Assembly: GCF_046119375.1 (NCBI RefSeq)
Contig: NW_027362761.1
Span: 494,202,001-494,266,000 of the forward strand
Length of the DNA: 64,000 nt
Direction of reading: 5' to 3'
Source: Phyllobates terribilis
Lineage: Eukaryota
In this document: piece after piece, positions 10,139 through 24,026 of the stretch
Numbering within the stretch: the stretch's first letter is position 1
How the letters are laid out: the number at the start of each line of letters is the position of its first letter
Notes under the pieces: generated by a model
Seen by the model: the letters and a program-made list of their open reading frames with translations, nothing else
The model's database searches: none
What the model was told of the DNA's origin: nothing
Program-made: the position numbers and the translations under genes

Positions 10139-13100
10139 TTAAGGAACTGCTATTTATGCAATTACCTAATACTGTTAAATCCAGGGGAAGCCAATCAAAA
10201 TGATCTGGTTCTTTCACTCTGGTATTAGAGGTTGTGCAATGGCCTGCTCAACCAGTTGTTTTAGAAAGTTAGTGAAAATCCAGCCCGTTTCCAGTGTGAA
10301 ACATCCAAATTAAAAACATTAAAAAACAGGACTTTCTGGGGAAAGTAGCAAAAAAATCTACGCATTTCGAACTGTCATTTCTGTGCGGTTCTTATTCACA
10401 GCATGAATGCCGGTTTCAAACTTGTAGGTTTTTTTGTAACTTTCTGGCGGATGTCCTATTTTTTAATGTTTCAATAAAAGTCTGTTTTTATTCACATTGG
10501 AAAACAAGTGCTGGATTTTCACTAACTTCCACTAAGTCCTATCCATTCTTTCCCAACCGGCATTTTCATCTAAGCACTTTCTATGGATTTAACCAAGCAT
10601 TTGAGAGGTGAGCTGAAAGCACACAATTTTTCCACCAGTGGTTACAGATCTTCTCAGCAAAAACTGCACAGTGCCCTCCTGATCTGTGGAGCAAAGTCAT
10701 ATCACGGAGTTTATTTGGCCCTTCAGGCACTTAGTGTGACCTTAGTACTAATGTTTTATTACTAGTTTCGCCTTCACGTTTTATTACTTTTTTTACTTTT
10801 GTCGTTTGAGGAAGCAAATAGAGAAAAACCTGTCATGTTAGGGTTTGCTGTTTTTCAATATACTTTTTATTACATGTTCAATTTTAACATACACTTTAAT
10901 ATTTGTACATGATGAGGTACAAGAGCCCCCAGCTACCCTGTAATTTATGATGATTTACTAATATTTGGGTTCCTAAACATCTGTCTAAGATTACATGAAA
11001 AGACAAAAGTATTTGTGCAATCCTACATCCACAGGTCTGTGGTTAGTTCTCCAAGATGTTGGGAACAACCTCTCTGCCGAGTTCCTTCACAAACTGTTTT
11101 GCAAGTGTCCCTAGAAGAACGGATACTGTTTTGATTTAGATTTCTCTTTTGTTTATTCACTTTGCATTTTAATTGATAAAAATAAACTATTAACACTTCT
11201 ATTTTTGAAAGCTTCTTACTGTGCAGTACTGTGTATATGTATACATGTGTATATATACGTTGATCTCTGTCATAGCAAATAAATAAAGTGATCATTGAGT
11301 GCCAAAGTTCATTATCTCGTTGAATAGAGTATGGCAATGTTTGCTTGCTGGGTGCGGCAATTCACTAGTAATGAAACACTGCACAAGTAAAGTCTGTGTC
11401 TTGGCAGCAAGCTGTAGAATAAGTACAGATATTCAGTTTGAGTCTGTCTTTGCTTATATGAACATATTATCCTATCTAAATACAAGTTAGTTCAAATGCG
11501 TTGAAGCAAAAATGTGATGTTCAAAAAAAAGGCAAAAGGAGCCAACAAATCAAGACTGGTGAGGGTTACATACTAGTGTAAGGAGATGGACATATTGCCT
11601 ACATTCCCCTTTGAAGAACACACAGATTTCTGTATTGTATAATGCATATCACAAATCACATTAATAGTGTTGGCGTTGTGTTCTGCCTGACAGTAGAGAG
11701 AGTTACAGTTAATATTTGGGACTAGCCCAGAGTGGAGGGGGCCAAGGGACAGACACAGTTTCCTGTAAGGACATCAGATAGTGCCAGTGTGTGTCAGAAG
11801 CAGACCTAAGGTCTGAACAGTAAGCAGTGGCACATGATGCGGGTGTCCCGAAGTGAGAGGAGACCAAGACAGTGGTTAGCATGAACTGGAGTAAAGAGGA
11901 AGGAAAACCGACAGAAGAACAGAATGGTCAACCAGAGACGGGTCCTGGGAGAGGACGCCTAGAAGTATGGCCCAGAGTTTATAACTCAGAAAGGTAACGG
12001 GCCAGGACTGGACAGGTAACGTGAGACGAACTGAGGGTTGAGAATAGGACTCTGACTAACTGGTCTGTAGTACTGAGCTAGGTTTTGGTGAAGGAAGGTG
12101 AAACAGTGGAGATAGAGAACAAACAAGTTAAGAGAAAGGAATTGAGACTGTGTGAAAATGCTCTGTATTTTGAAGGAAATGCCCATCAAGCTATGTACCT
12201 GCTACCTGTTGAACATAATCCCCACCAAGTTATCGTTCAGTAAAAACTTTATTTTTGACTGGTGGTCTCCCTCATAGAACTGTTCAACATCTGGTCCTGG
12301 CCAACCAAAGTCATCCGTAACATGCGGACTGCAAGGGCTTAGCGCCTCCACAGCACAAGTCCAAACCCTCACCCTCACCTTTATGTAAAGTGTCAGGGCA
12401 TAAGAGACGAGTATCCTACGCAATGTTACACTAGTGATCAACATTTCTCACCAGAAAAGTAGGTGCTCTAAGCCACAGTCAGTATGTTGCTAAGACGCAG
12501 ATTCTCTAGAATCGCCTTCTTTTTCAGCTTTACAGGGGTTGTTCCCTTTCAATTTCGTTTCTACCTTGGAGTAAAGAAAAAGAATGAAGAGCTCACCTTC
12601 CTTGCTGGTAATGGAGTCAGCTGAAAGGAATCTTTACCAGTGGGTGCTGTGTTCAGCTGGTGTGTACAGCAATATGGGAGATGAAAAGTAATTCAGCACA
12701 TCCATCCAGTAAGGGCTCTTTCCCGAAAAACCAGTACTGGAGATATCTGTGTCCGTGTGTACCTGTGTAGCATACGTGTGGCAACCGTGTGCCGTCTGTG
12801 TGCCGCATCAGGAGCACACGTACCGGCGTTTGGGAATCAGTGGTACAGCTAGCGCTGTTCCCAAGTGCCGGGTGCTGAACGCTTTTCTCATCATTGTCCC
12901 CTGCCAGCGCTGTGATCAGCACCAGCAGGGGACCATGATCAGAGTAGTATTCTGCTCCTGCAGTGTCCAACTGTTAAAATAAGAATAAAATTTAAAAAAT
13001 CCATATACTCACCGGTCCTAAGTGTCTTCCGCTGTAATCCATGCAACTGCTCATGCCAAGGAGCTGTGGAGAATGACTCGCTCCAGTGAGCGGGGCCCTG

Positions 13101-15386
13101 GAGCGGCGCTCAGCGAGTGGTGTCCTGTCACTCAATGATTGCAGTGAAGCTTCGGGGCCTGCTCGCTGCAGGAGTTATTCTCCCTGGCTCCTTGGCGTGT
13201 GCGGTCTCATGGATTACAGTGGGGGGCACTTAGAACAGGTGAATATATGGATTTTTTTATTTTATTCTTATTTTTACAGGTGGAGACACCGGGAGCAGAA
13301 TACTACTCTCATCATTATCCCTTGCTGGTGCTGATTGCAGCTCTGGCAGGGGACTATGATGAGGACAGTGCTTGGGAACAGCGCTAACTGTACCGCTGAT
13401 TCCCAAACGCCGGTAAGTGTCACACGGATGACATCCGTGTGCGGTATGTGTTTACATGTACCCATTGACTTGAATGGGTCTGTGTGATCTATGTTGCCGG
13501 ACAAAAATGGACACGTCTACGTGTGGATCACATGGTCCGTGGAAACACACTGACATGTTCACAGACCCATTCATTTGAATGGGTCTACGTGTGTCAGCGT
13601 CTCCGGTATGTGTGGAAACTGTCACCACATGAACCGGACACACTGACGTGTGAAAAAGCCCTAATATATATAAAATGTTCAACCCACCCTTAATCATCGT
13701 GTAGAGAGATGGACGAGAGAGACTAAGTAACTGTAAGTAAACACCACCCTCTGCTGGAACAAACTGAAAGTGAAACAAAGAATTGTGTTAGCAGGAACCA
13801 AATGTTCCTGGCAGTTTTTGCAGGGGGAGAGACTTTTGTGTGATGGACCTGATCATGTGACCCAGAGAGTTTCCTGGGTATAAAGGCCATGTGTGCCAGA
13901 TTGCAGGGGCTTTTTGTACCAAGAGAGCGCAGGGTGCAGATGTGCACCGCAGGAGACGCTGCAGCCAGAGAGTTTTGGTACCAAGCTGCAGAGTGGAGCA
14001 GACGTGCTCCAGAGGGACAGCAGAGCCCAACGCGACAGGCCCCAGCTGGAGGGCTGCGCTGCACCAGAGCTGGACATCACCTGAAAAGCTCTGCACTCCT
14101 CACAAAAGCCCCCCTGAGCCCTGCACATGTTGGTCAGAGTCAGGACCTGCGCCCCACATTGAGTAAGTTCCCGGGATCCGACGCTGCCTGTCAAGAGCCA
14201 AGGTCAGGACCCCCTTCCCCCAAGCGTGAGAGACTACTCTCGAAGGTCAAGCCGAGAAGAGCTGAGAGAGGACCGCGACAGGAAAGACACACCAGCAGCA
14301 GCGGAGGAACTGCGCAAGTGAACAGAGCCGTCACAACTCTCACCTACGGTACAGGGGACAGTTGGGATTAGGATCTCAGGTTGGGTGGGGGCTGTTTGGT
14401 GCGTGGGAGGCTAAACGGGATCTGATAGACTTTATCTGGAAGAGACGTGTGGCCTAGCGGGAAGAACCGGTGACTCACTCTAGGTCGGTGACCTGCATTA
14501 CAATCGTATACTATGATTAAGGGTGGGTTCAACAGAAAGGCGTCAGTTTTTTAATGCTACCATGGATGTTTGTGTTTTAATGGATTAAAAATAAAGATGA
14601 ACTTTTTTTATTTATTGCCAGATAGATGTGCTGAATTCCTTTTCCTATCCTACGTTTATACCTTGGCTGCATTTTGTTGTATTAAAAAAAACTAACCGCG
14701 CTCTACTTACCTTTTCTGAGTCCACCAGCGAGCCTTTGCCGCTGCTCCTAGTGTCTGGCATTATTTGTGGCGCTGCCTCCACCTTGACAGCGCAGCTGCC
14801 AATCAGTGATCTCAGCGGCTCTGTCAGTGTAGACGCAACAACCCCTTCAGAGATGCTGAGCTCAGTGATTGGCTGCTGCAGTGTCGAGCCCCTGGGTTGA
14901 GATGTTTATTAATGTCTTTAATAAGTTTTCACTGTGGCAAAGTAGCCTCTGCTCTGTTGGGTTTTCACTGCATTTAGAGGGTACAAAGGCTTTTGGGCCA
15001 TTGACATTGGAAGCCTATGATGGCGTGAGAGCATAATGAGCCTTTGATTGTCAGATAAAGGACATGAGTATGCTAGGACATTGTCTGATCTGTTACCTCC
15101 TCCATACTAAACATTGTGACAAATGACTAAATTTGTGTATTCTCTACCCCAGTATCCAGTATGTGCAGTTTATATCTGCAATGTTAGCTTAATGGGTTAT
15201 ATACAATTCTTAAAAAAAACTATGGTTTTCCAGACCAGGACATTATAAAAAAAAGCATCTTTAGAAGCTCTAAACATTAGGTACATACAACCGCACATGA
15301 ACAACAAGATATGACATATTACACCTTGTCATTATTTATTTATCAAAAGCTAGGACAAAATGCAGAGGCAGTGTGTAAAAATTTAA

Positions 15387-15700
15387 AGGGGTTATCCGAG
15401 ACTTTTACATTCATGGCCTGTGTTGGCGGCGGCCAGATGTCCTGAGTTGCAGAGTTGCACAGCACAGCTCCGTCAACTGCATAGTGACCCCAGATACTGC
15501 ACAGCCGCCCCCTATTGTGCAGTACCCGCCCGCGGCCACCATACCATTGATTGTGCTGTGTAGCTCCGCAACTCGGCACATCTGGCCAGCACCTAGAACA
15601 ACTGATCAACGGAGGTGCCAGGTGTCGCACCCCCAACGATCAGATGTTGATGAGCTATCCTAAAGATATGCCATCAATGTAAAAGTCTCGAACAACCCCT
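15387..15700. mobile_element. T2/Kolobok-type MITE
   Basis: TTAA|AGGGGTTATCCGAGACTTTTACATT ... AATGTAAAAGTCTCGAACAACCCCT inverted termini; the right TTAA is mutated. Confidence 0.7.
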
Positions 15701-16592
15701 CAAAGTGCACTCCATGAATCAATCGCTCACAGAACCACCTTCAGCAACAGTAACAATAAAGTTTGCTTTCTTTGCTAAGGTTTGTTACTCATCCGTGTCC
15801 TCTCTCCTTTTGGTTATTAGACAGATCCAAAAAGCATCCACAATGTAGTAGTTATACAGTAATATGGTGACTCATAGTAAAAGTGTCAGACTCATTTCTC
15901 TTTGTGGATGACTGGATAAAAGATACCGTTGAATCATAATCTCTGACTCATACACTCTCATTCCTGGTGGTGTGAGAATACATTGGACAAAATGTACAGT
16001 TTAAAGCGATATTCTGACCTACTGTCACTGGATAACCTAAATTACAATATGGATTATTTTCTGTAACTGTATCCACCCCCAGGGGAAGCCTCTGCCAACC
16101 ATAATAAAAATGGTGCAATCTCTAGATCAACAATTAAGAAAGTTGGCCGCCGTCACAGCTCCCACAGAGATTGTAGCTGAGCTTTCCCACACTTCTGAAT
16201 TTGGCCTGTTATTTTCATTTATTGACACTTTTATTTTTTATTCTTCAAAACTTGGTGAAAATAGTGTGACCATAGCCAACATTAAAACTTGTAGCCCCCT
16301 TACAGATAAATAGTTAGGGCTCGTTGAGAAGTTTTGGCTAAGGTCTTTATCCCAAAAACTGCATATGGATTTTTTTAGCTCTGATGCTAGAAAAGTGCTA
16401 CTTTAAAGGGTTTTCTGGGACTTACATATTGAAGAGCTGTCCTTGGAAAGGTCATAAGAATGAGATCTGTGGACGTTCTACACCCAGCACCCCAATAAAA
16501 CAGCTTGTTACATGCATCGTTGACATACATAAGCAATGTTGAAGGTGGAACACATCACAGCTCCGTTCATTGTTTATCTTCAAAGTTTTTAA

Positions 16593-17663
16593 CCCCTAAA
16601 TTACCAGACCATTTTCCGTTTTTGAGTTTTCTCCCCATCTTCTCAGAGCCATAACTTTTTTATTTTTTGGTCAATATGGCCGTGTGAGGGCTTTTTTTTT
16701 GCAGGACGAGTTGTACTTTTGACCGACACCATTGGTTTTACTATATCGTGTACTGGAAAACGGCAAAAAAAGTGCAATTCCACAGTTGTTTTTTTTTAAT
16801 TTTTTTACCACGTTCACTGAATGCTAAAACTAACCTTCCATTATGATTCTCCAGGTCTTTACGAGACCCATAGCGTCTCTATTTCTTGGGATCTGGGGCC
16901 GGGTGAGGGCTTATTTTTTGCGGCGCACCAAGCTGACATTTTTATTGATACCATTTTGTGGTAGATGCGATGTTTTGATCGCCCATTATTGCATTTTATT
17001 GCAATGTAGCGGCAACCAAAAAAAACTTAATTCTGGCATTTTGAATTTTTTTCTCACTATAACGTTTACTGATTGAATTAATTATTTTTGTATATTGGTA
17101 GATCGGGCGAATCTGAATGTGGCGGTACCAATTATGTGTATATTTGATTTTTTTATTGTTTTATTTTGAATGGGCGAAAGGAGGGTGATTTCAACTTTGA
17201 TATATTTTTTATTTTTTTTTTATATTTTTAAAAACATTTTTTTTTTACTTTCTGAATGCTTCAATAGTCTCCATGAGAGACTATGAACTGTAATTGTCTG
17301 ATTGCCTCTGCTACACACATGCGATGATCAGATCGCCTCTGTGTAGCAGAATTGCTCACTTGCTATGAGCGCTGACCGCTGGGTGGCGCTTATAGCAATC
17401 TGGCAATGACAAACGTAGGGATCTCCTGCAGACACCGGATTGTCATTCCAACCCATCGGCGACCCGCGATCACATGACGGGGTTGCTGATGGGCGGGATT
17501 AGTGATGTGCTTCCGGTAAGCGCGAGTTAAATGCCGCTGTCAGAGATTGACAGCGGAATTTAACTAGTTAACAGCCGCGGGTGGAATCGCAATCTACCCG
17601 CAGCTGTTAGGGGCACATGACAGCTGTACAGATCGTAACAGTATGGCACATGTCGGAAAGGGG
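16593..17663. mobile_element. Non-autonomous piggyBac-like element
   Basis: TTAA|CCCCT ... AGGGG|TTAA termini with an AT-rich interior and no ORF. Confidence 0.7.
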
Positions 17664-18290
17664 TTAAAGTTGAAGCAGGGTCGGACTGGGGTGTCTGGGG
17701 CCCGCAGGGGGAATTAACTCTAGGAGCCCTCCTACAGCAATATGCAAATATCTGTTATCCGCTATCCCTGTTATAGTGGAGCATTGACTGGCGGCTCCTG
17801 CACATCTACTGTGCGACACTATAACTGGGATGTACATGTTTGCATTAAAGGGCTTCTTTGGTTAAAACACGTTATCACCGATTCATGGGCTTTACAGGAT
17901 AGGTGATCACTTATTGAGCGTTTATATCCGAACATTGGAAAACGCACCTATCGGAAGAATGGGGAAGTTTTATCCCTGACAGGACACTTATCCCCATTTT
18001 AAAATGCAGTGACAGGTGGGACGTCTGACCGCAGCTTCATTCATTCTCTTGGGGACTTCCAAAAAAAGAGCAGCGCTCACAGCCACTGAGGGAATGAATG
18101 AATCAGTGGTCGCATCTCACATGCCGCTCCAGTCTAATGGGGAGCTCCACATTCTGCCGGTGTGTGCCAGCAATCAGACCCCCACCAATCAATATTATCA
18201 TTGATCCTGTGGAGAGATGATTACTTGTTTTCACCGAAGAACCCCTGTAAGTGCATCTCTGCCTCTCTGGTCCAACTATTTAATCGCTAA

Positions 18291-18492
18291 GGCCACGGCT
18301 CCACTATCAGTATTTAGTCAGTATTCGGTCAGTATTTTTTCTCAGGAGTGGGAGCCAAAACCAGGTGAGGAACACTCAGAGAAAGGGCTAATAGAAACAC
18401 GTCACCAATTCTGCATTTATCACCCACTCCTGGTTTTGGCAGCCACTCCTGAGAAAAAATACTGACCAAATACTGATGGTGGGGCTGTGGCC
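18291..18492. mobile_element. PIF/Harbinger-type MITE
   Basis: TIRs GGCCACGGCTCCAC / GTGGGGCTGTGGCC, TAA target duplication, palindromic interior. Confidence 0.75.
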
Positions 18493-19308
18493 TAATGGAA
18501 AAAAATATTTTCCTAGTTAATATCAGCGAGAACAAAATGACCGCCATACACAACACAGTCCACTATATCAACACCAATAATACCACATACAAAAGGGACA
18601 AATATCGCCACACCATGACTAGATCACATATTACCACCACATAGTGACCGAATAACACCACATACAAGGAACAAATACGGCCACACCATGACCAGACCGT
18701 ATATTACCACACCAACATGACCAAATACTACAATACTGATCATGAATACAAAACACAATACTAACAACACTGTTATTACCACCAGCGACATTATACACAG
18801 GAGCTCTGTATATAGTGTCAGTGTACAGGTAACACAGTGATCACCAGTGACATTATACACAGGAGCTCTGTATATAGTGTATAGGTAATACAGTGATCAT
18901 CAGTGACATACACAGGAGCTCTGTATATACTATATACACACGTGGTCAAAATTGTTGGTACCCCTCGTTTAATGAAAAAAAAAAACACAATGGTCACAGA
19001 AAAAACTTGAATCTGACAAAAGTAATAATAAATTAAAAATGTATGAAAATGAACAAATGAAACTCAGACATTGCTTTTCAGTCCTGCTTCCAAAGAATTT
19101 AAAAAAAAAATGAAACTCATGAAATAGGCCTGGACAGAAATGATGGTACCCCTGAAAATAATGTGACAAAAGGAACATGTTAAATCAAGTTGTGTCCACT
19201 AATTAACATCACAGGTGTCTACAATCATGTAACCAGTCAGTGGGCCTGTATATAGGGCTACAGATACTCACTGTGCTGTTTGGTGACATGGTGTGTACCA
19301 CACTCAAC

Positions 19309-20316
19309 ATGGACCAGAGGAAGCAAAGGAAAGAGTTGTCTCAGGAGATTAGAAAGAAAATTATAGACATGCATGTTAAAGGTAAAGGTTATAAGACCAT
19401 CTCCAAGCAGCTTGATGTTCCTTTGACTACAGTTGCCCATATTATTCAGAAATTTAAGATCCATGGGACTGTAGCAAATCTCCCTGGACGTGGCCGCAGG
19501 AGGAAAATTGATAACAAATCAAAGAGACGGATAATACAAATGGTAACAAAAGAGCCCAGGAAAACTTCTAAAGAGATTAAAGGTGAACTTCAAGCTCAAG
19601 GAACATCAGTGTCAGATCGCACCATCCGTCGTTGTTTGAACCAAAGTGGACTTCATGGGAGACGACCAAGGAGAACACCATTGTTGAAAAAAAATCATAA
19701 AAAAGCCAGACTGGAATTTGCCAAACTACATGTTGACAAGCCACAAAGCTTGTGGGAGAATGTCCCATGGACAGATGAGACAAAAATGGAAATTTTTGGC
19801 AAGGCACATCAGCTCTATGTTCACAGATGGAAAATGAAGCATATCAAGAAAAGAACACTGTCCCTATTGTGAAACATGGAGGAGGCTCTTATGTTCTGGG
19901 GCTGCTTTGCTGCATCTGGCACAGGGTGTCTTGAATCTGTGCAGGGTACAATGAAATCTGAAGACTATCAAGGGATTCTAGAGATAAATGTACTGCCCAG
20001 TGTCAGGAAGCTTGGTCTTAGTCACAGGTCATGGGTCTTGCAACAGGATAATGACCCAAAACACACAGCTAAAAACACCCAAGAATGGCTAAGAGGAAAA
20101 CATTGGACTATTCTGAAGTGGCATTCTATGAGCCCTGACCTAAATCCTATTGAGCATCTTTGGAAAGAGCTGGAACATGACGTCTGGAAAAGGCAACTTT
20201 CACACACAAGACAACTGGAGCAGTTTGCTCATGAGGAGTGGGCCAAAATACCTGTTGAGAGGTGCAGAAGTCTCATTGACAGTTACAAGAATCATTTGAT
20301 TGCAGTGATTGCCTGA
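19309..20316 (+). pseudogene. Tc1 DD34E transposase, frameshifted at ~19830-19890
   Basis: Paired-like HTH (ELSQEIRKKII...GYKTISKQL), GRRRK, WTDETK, QQDNDPKH and [11 protein letters not shown] motifs split over two ORFs. Confidence 0.92.
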
Positions 20317-20473
20317 AAAGGCTGTTCAACAAAATATTAAGTTAAGAGTACCATCATTTCTGTCCAGGCCTATTTCACCAGTTACATTTTTTTAAAAATT
20401 CTGTGGAAGCAGGGTTGAAAAGCAATGTCTGACTTTCATTTGTTCATTTTCATAGATTTTTAATTTATTATTA

Positions 20474-21661
20474 CCGTATTTTTCGGACCATAAGACGCAC
20501 TTTTTTTCCCCCCAAATTTGGGAGGAAAATGGAGGGTGCGTCTTATGGTCTGAAAGTAACTTACCAGTGGCGGTGGAGCGGGATCGGCGGCGGCAGCGGC
20601 GACAGCGGCAGCAGATGGCGGCGGCAGCAGAAGCGGTATCTGCCCGGTATCGGGGCCGGTTTCTTGATGTGAGCAGCGTGAGCTGCTTCAGGTGAGCACG
20701 GCCATCTTTCTAAAGCTGATCTACAGGAAAATGGCCACCGGAGCTGGCGCATGCGGTCTACTACGCCGGCGGCCATTTTCCTGTAGATCTCAGCTTCAGA
20801 AAGATGGGCTTGAGCATCGGAAGCCGCTCACGCCGCTCTGCCACGCTACTCACAGCAAGACACCGGCCCCAGTACCAGGCCCCAGGGCCCCAGCCACCTC
20901 TCACCCAGGCCCCAAGCCCCAAGCCCCCAGCCACCACTCACCCAGGCCCCAAACCCCAGCGCCAGCCATCACTCCCCCAGGCCCCAAGCCCCCAGCCACC
21001 ACTTACCCAGCCCCCAAGCCCCAGCGGCAGCCATCACTCCCCCAGGCCCGAAGCCCCCAGCCACCACTCACCCAGGCCCCAAGCCCCAGTGCCAGCCATC
21101 ACTCCCCTAGACCCCAAGCCCCCAGCCACCACTCACCCAGGCCCCAAGCCCCAGCGCCAGCCATCACTCCCCCAGGCCCCAAACCCCCAGCCACCACTCA
21201 CCCAGGCCCCAAGCCCCCAGAGCCAGCCACCACTCACCCAGGCACCAAGCCCCCAGCGCCATCCACCACTCACCCAGGCACCCAAACCCGCAGCGCAAGC
21301 CACCAGGCCCCCAGCCCACCAGCACCAGGAGCCCAGGTCACCAGGCACCCAGCCCCAGGCCACCAGGTGCCCAGTGCAGGCCACCAGCACCAGGAGGCCA
21401 GGCCACCAGGCGCCCAGCCCCAGGCCACCAGCGCCAGGCACCCAGGCCATCAGGCGACCAGCGCAAGCCACCAGCGCCAGGCACGGCTTCCTGAAGGACC
21501 TTGCCTCCTGTGCCCCAGCTACATGGCCCATCCAGGTAAGATACCTATTCAGACTATAAGACGGACCCCCATCTTATCAAAAAATTTTTTTTCCTGTTTT
21601 CCACCCCAAAATTTCGGGTGCGTCTTATGGTCCGGTGCGTCTTACAGTCCGAAAAATACGG
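20474..21661. mobile_element. Tc2/pogo-type MITE (CCGTATTTT termini) with GC-rich internal tandem repeats
   Basis: TIRs CCGTATTTTTCGGAC.ATAAGACGCAC, TA on the left. A second copy lies in opposite orientation at 51086-52074. Confidence 0.85.
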
Positions 21662-22189
21662 TGCTTTCGTCAGATTCAAGTTATTTCTGTAGCTATTGTG
21701 GGTTTTTCTTTCATTAAGCGAGGGGTACCAACAATTTTGACCACGTGTGTAGTGTAAGTGTACATGTAATACACTGACTCACCAGTGATGTCTCTAGGTG
21801 AAGTCCTTCATCTTCGCTTTTCTTCTTCATCTGGCACAGACGGCCATCACTTCTTCCAGCCAGGAATCATCTCTGCAGAAAATAACACACAGTTATCCTT
21901 AACTGATCTCTTCTAGAGAATATTCCCACTTCCCCCCGACTTCTACACTACACCAGTTGAAGAAAAAAAGCGATATAGTGCCGCCCTGCACAGTAACAGG
22001 AGCCCTCTTTTGTCCCATCCCATGGAAAACCATTTCCTAAAAAGTAAATTATATTACAGAAGTAATAATGTTCCTAATTGGACCCTAAAATAATAATGTT
22101 CCCCACTGGCCACCATAAACTAATAAAGTATGTTCCTCAATCTGGCCCCCAAACAGTAATTAAGTCCCTTGTCCAGCCTGGCACCCCCA

Positions 22190-23894
22190 TATATCCATTC
22201 AGGCCGCCCCTTCCTTGCATATATCCATCCTGACTCCCCCCCATCTATCCCTTCGGGCCCCCATATGTACAGTGTGCCCCTTCCATATATTTATCTTAGC
22301 CCACGTGTATCGAGCCTTCCCCCTCCCATATACCCATCCTAGCCCCCCATGTGTCCAGCCTGCCCCACCCACATATCCATCCTGGCCTCCATGTGTCCAG
22401 CCTGCCCCCTCCCATATATCCATCCTGGTCTCCATGTGTCCAGCCTGCCCCCCCATATATCCATCCTGGCCTCCATGTGTCCAGCCTGCGACCCCATATA
22501 TCCATCCTGGCCTCCATGTGTCCATCCTGGCCTCCATGTGTCCAGCCTGCCCCCCATATATCCATCCTGGCCTCCATGTGTTCAGCCTGCCCCCCCACAT
22601 ATTCGTCCTGGCCTCCATGTGTTCAGCCTGCCCCCCTTATACCCATCCTGCCCCCCCTTCCCATGTGTCCAGCCAGGCCCCCCCCTTATGTGTCCATCCA
22701 GGCTCCCCCCCTTGTTTGTCCAGCCAGGCTCCCCCCTTAATGTATCCAGCCAGCCCCCCCTCTCGTGTGTCCATCCGTGCTCCCCCTTTGTGTGTCCAGC
22801 TGGGCTCCCCCCTCATGTGTCCAGCCAAGGTTCCTCCTCGTATGTCCAGCCAGGGTTCCCCCTCATGTGTCCAGCCAGGGTTCCCTCTCGTGTGTCCAGC
22901 CAGGGCCCCTCCTCGTGTGTCCAGCCAGGGCCCCCTCTCATGGGTCCAGCCAGGCCCCCCCTCGTGTGTCCAGCCAGGGCCCCCCCTCATGTGTCCATCC
23001 AGGGTTCCCCCTCATGTGTCCAGCCAGTGTTCCACCTTGTGTGCCCAGCTGGGCCCTCCCTTGTGTGCCCAGCCGCAGTTCCCCCTTGTGTGTCCAGCCA
23101 GGGTTCCCCCTTGTGTGTCCATCCGGCTTCCCCCTTGTGTGCCCAGCCTGGCCCTCCCTTGTGAGTCCAGCCAGGGTTCCCCCTTGTGTGTCCAGCCAGG
23201 GCCCTCCCTTGTGTGTCCAGCCAGGGTTCCACCTTGTGTGTCCAGCCGGCTCCCCCCTTGTGTGCCCAGCCGGGCCGTCCCTTGTGTGCCCAGCCGGGCC
23301 CCACCTTGTGTGTCCAGCCAGGGTTCCCCCTTGTGTGTCCATCCAGGGCCCCCCATTGTGTGTCCAGCCAGGGCCCCCCCTTGTGTGTCCAGCCAGGGCT
23401 CCCTTTTGTGTGTCCAGCTGGTCCCCCCTTGTGTGTCCAACCAGGGTTCCCCCTTGTGTGTCCAGCCAGGGCCCCCCCTTATGTGTCCAGCTAGGGCCCC
23501 CCCTTGTGTGTCCAGCCAGGGCCCCCCCTTGTGTGTCCAGCCAGGGTTCCCCCTTGTGTGTCCAGCCAGGGCCCCCCCTTATGTGTCCAGCTAGGGCCCC
23601 CCCTTGTGTGTCCATCCAGGGCCCCCTCTTGTGTGTCCAGCCAGGTCCCCCCTTGTGTGTCCAGCCAGTCCCTCCATTGTTTGTCCAGCCAGGGTCCCCC
23701 CTTGTGTGTCCAGCCAGGTCCCCCCTTGTGTGTCCAGCCAGTCCCCCATTGTGTGTCCAGCCAGGGCCCCGCCTTGTGTGTCCAGCCAGTCCCCCCATTG
23801 TGTGTCCAGCCGGCCCCCCTTGTGTGTCCATCCAGGCCCCCCTTGTGTGTCCAGCCAGGGCCCCCCCTTGTGTGTCCAGCCAGGGGCCCATCCC
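22190..23894. repeat. C-rich minisatellite (~39-bp units grading into ~24-bp CCCCCCTTGTGTGTCCAGCCAGGG units)
   Basis: Visible tandem repeats; the source of the long repetitive ORFs on both strands. Confidence 0.92.
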
Positions 23895-24026
23895 NNNNNN
23901 NNNNNNNNNNNNNNNNNNNNNNNNNNNNNNNNNNNNNNNNNNNNNNNNNNNNNNNNNNNNNNNNNNNNNNNNNNNNNNNNNNNNNNNNNNNNNNNNNNNN
24001 NNNNNNNNNNNNNNNNNNNNNNNNNN
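23895..24026. other. Assembly gap (132 N)
   Basis: Run of n characters. Confidence 1.

Larger units (their letters stand above)
18937..21749 (+). mobile_element. Tc1-family DNA transposon with a MITE inserted in its right TIR
   Basis: Long TIRs CACACGTGGTCAAAATTGTTGGTACCCCT, TA TSD, Tc1 transposase inside. Confidence 0.93.

Noticed and set aside
11034-11120. Possible host exon (plus-strand GLWLVLQDVGNNLSAEFLHKLFCK or minus-strand TLAKQFVKELGREVVPNILEN)
   Set aside because: Short, both readings end in stops, and no protein family or partner exons were recognised. RNA-seq would be needed.
13770-14500. GC-richer segment with a TATA-like GGGTATAAAGG, possibly an LTR fragment
   Set aside because: No paired termini or TSD were found, so it could not be classified.
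16079-16200. Possible terminal exon after a CCCCAG acceptor
   Set aside because: No recognisable protein and no supporting exon structure.
20692-21717. 341-aa and 251-aa Pro-rich ORFs
   Set aside because: They come from GC-rich tandem repeats inside a MITE; the related copy at 51086 has a different repeat structure.
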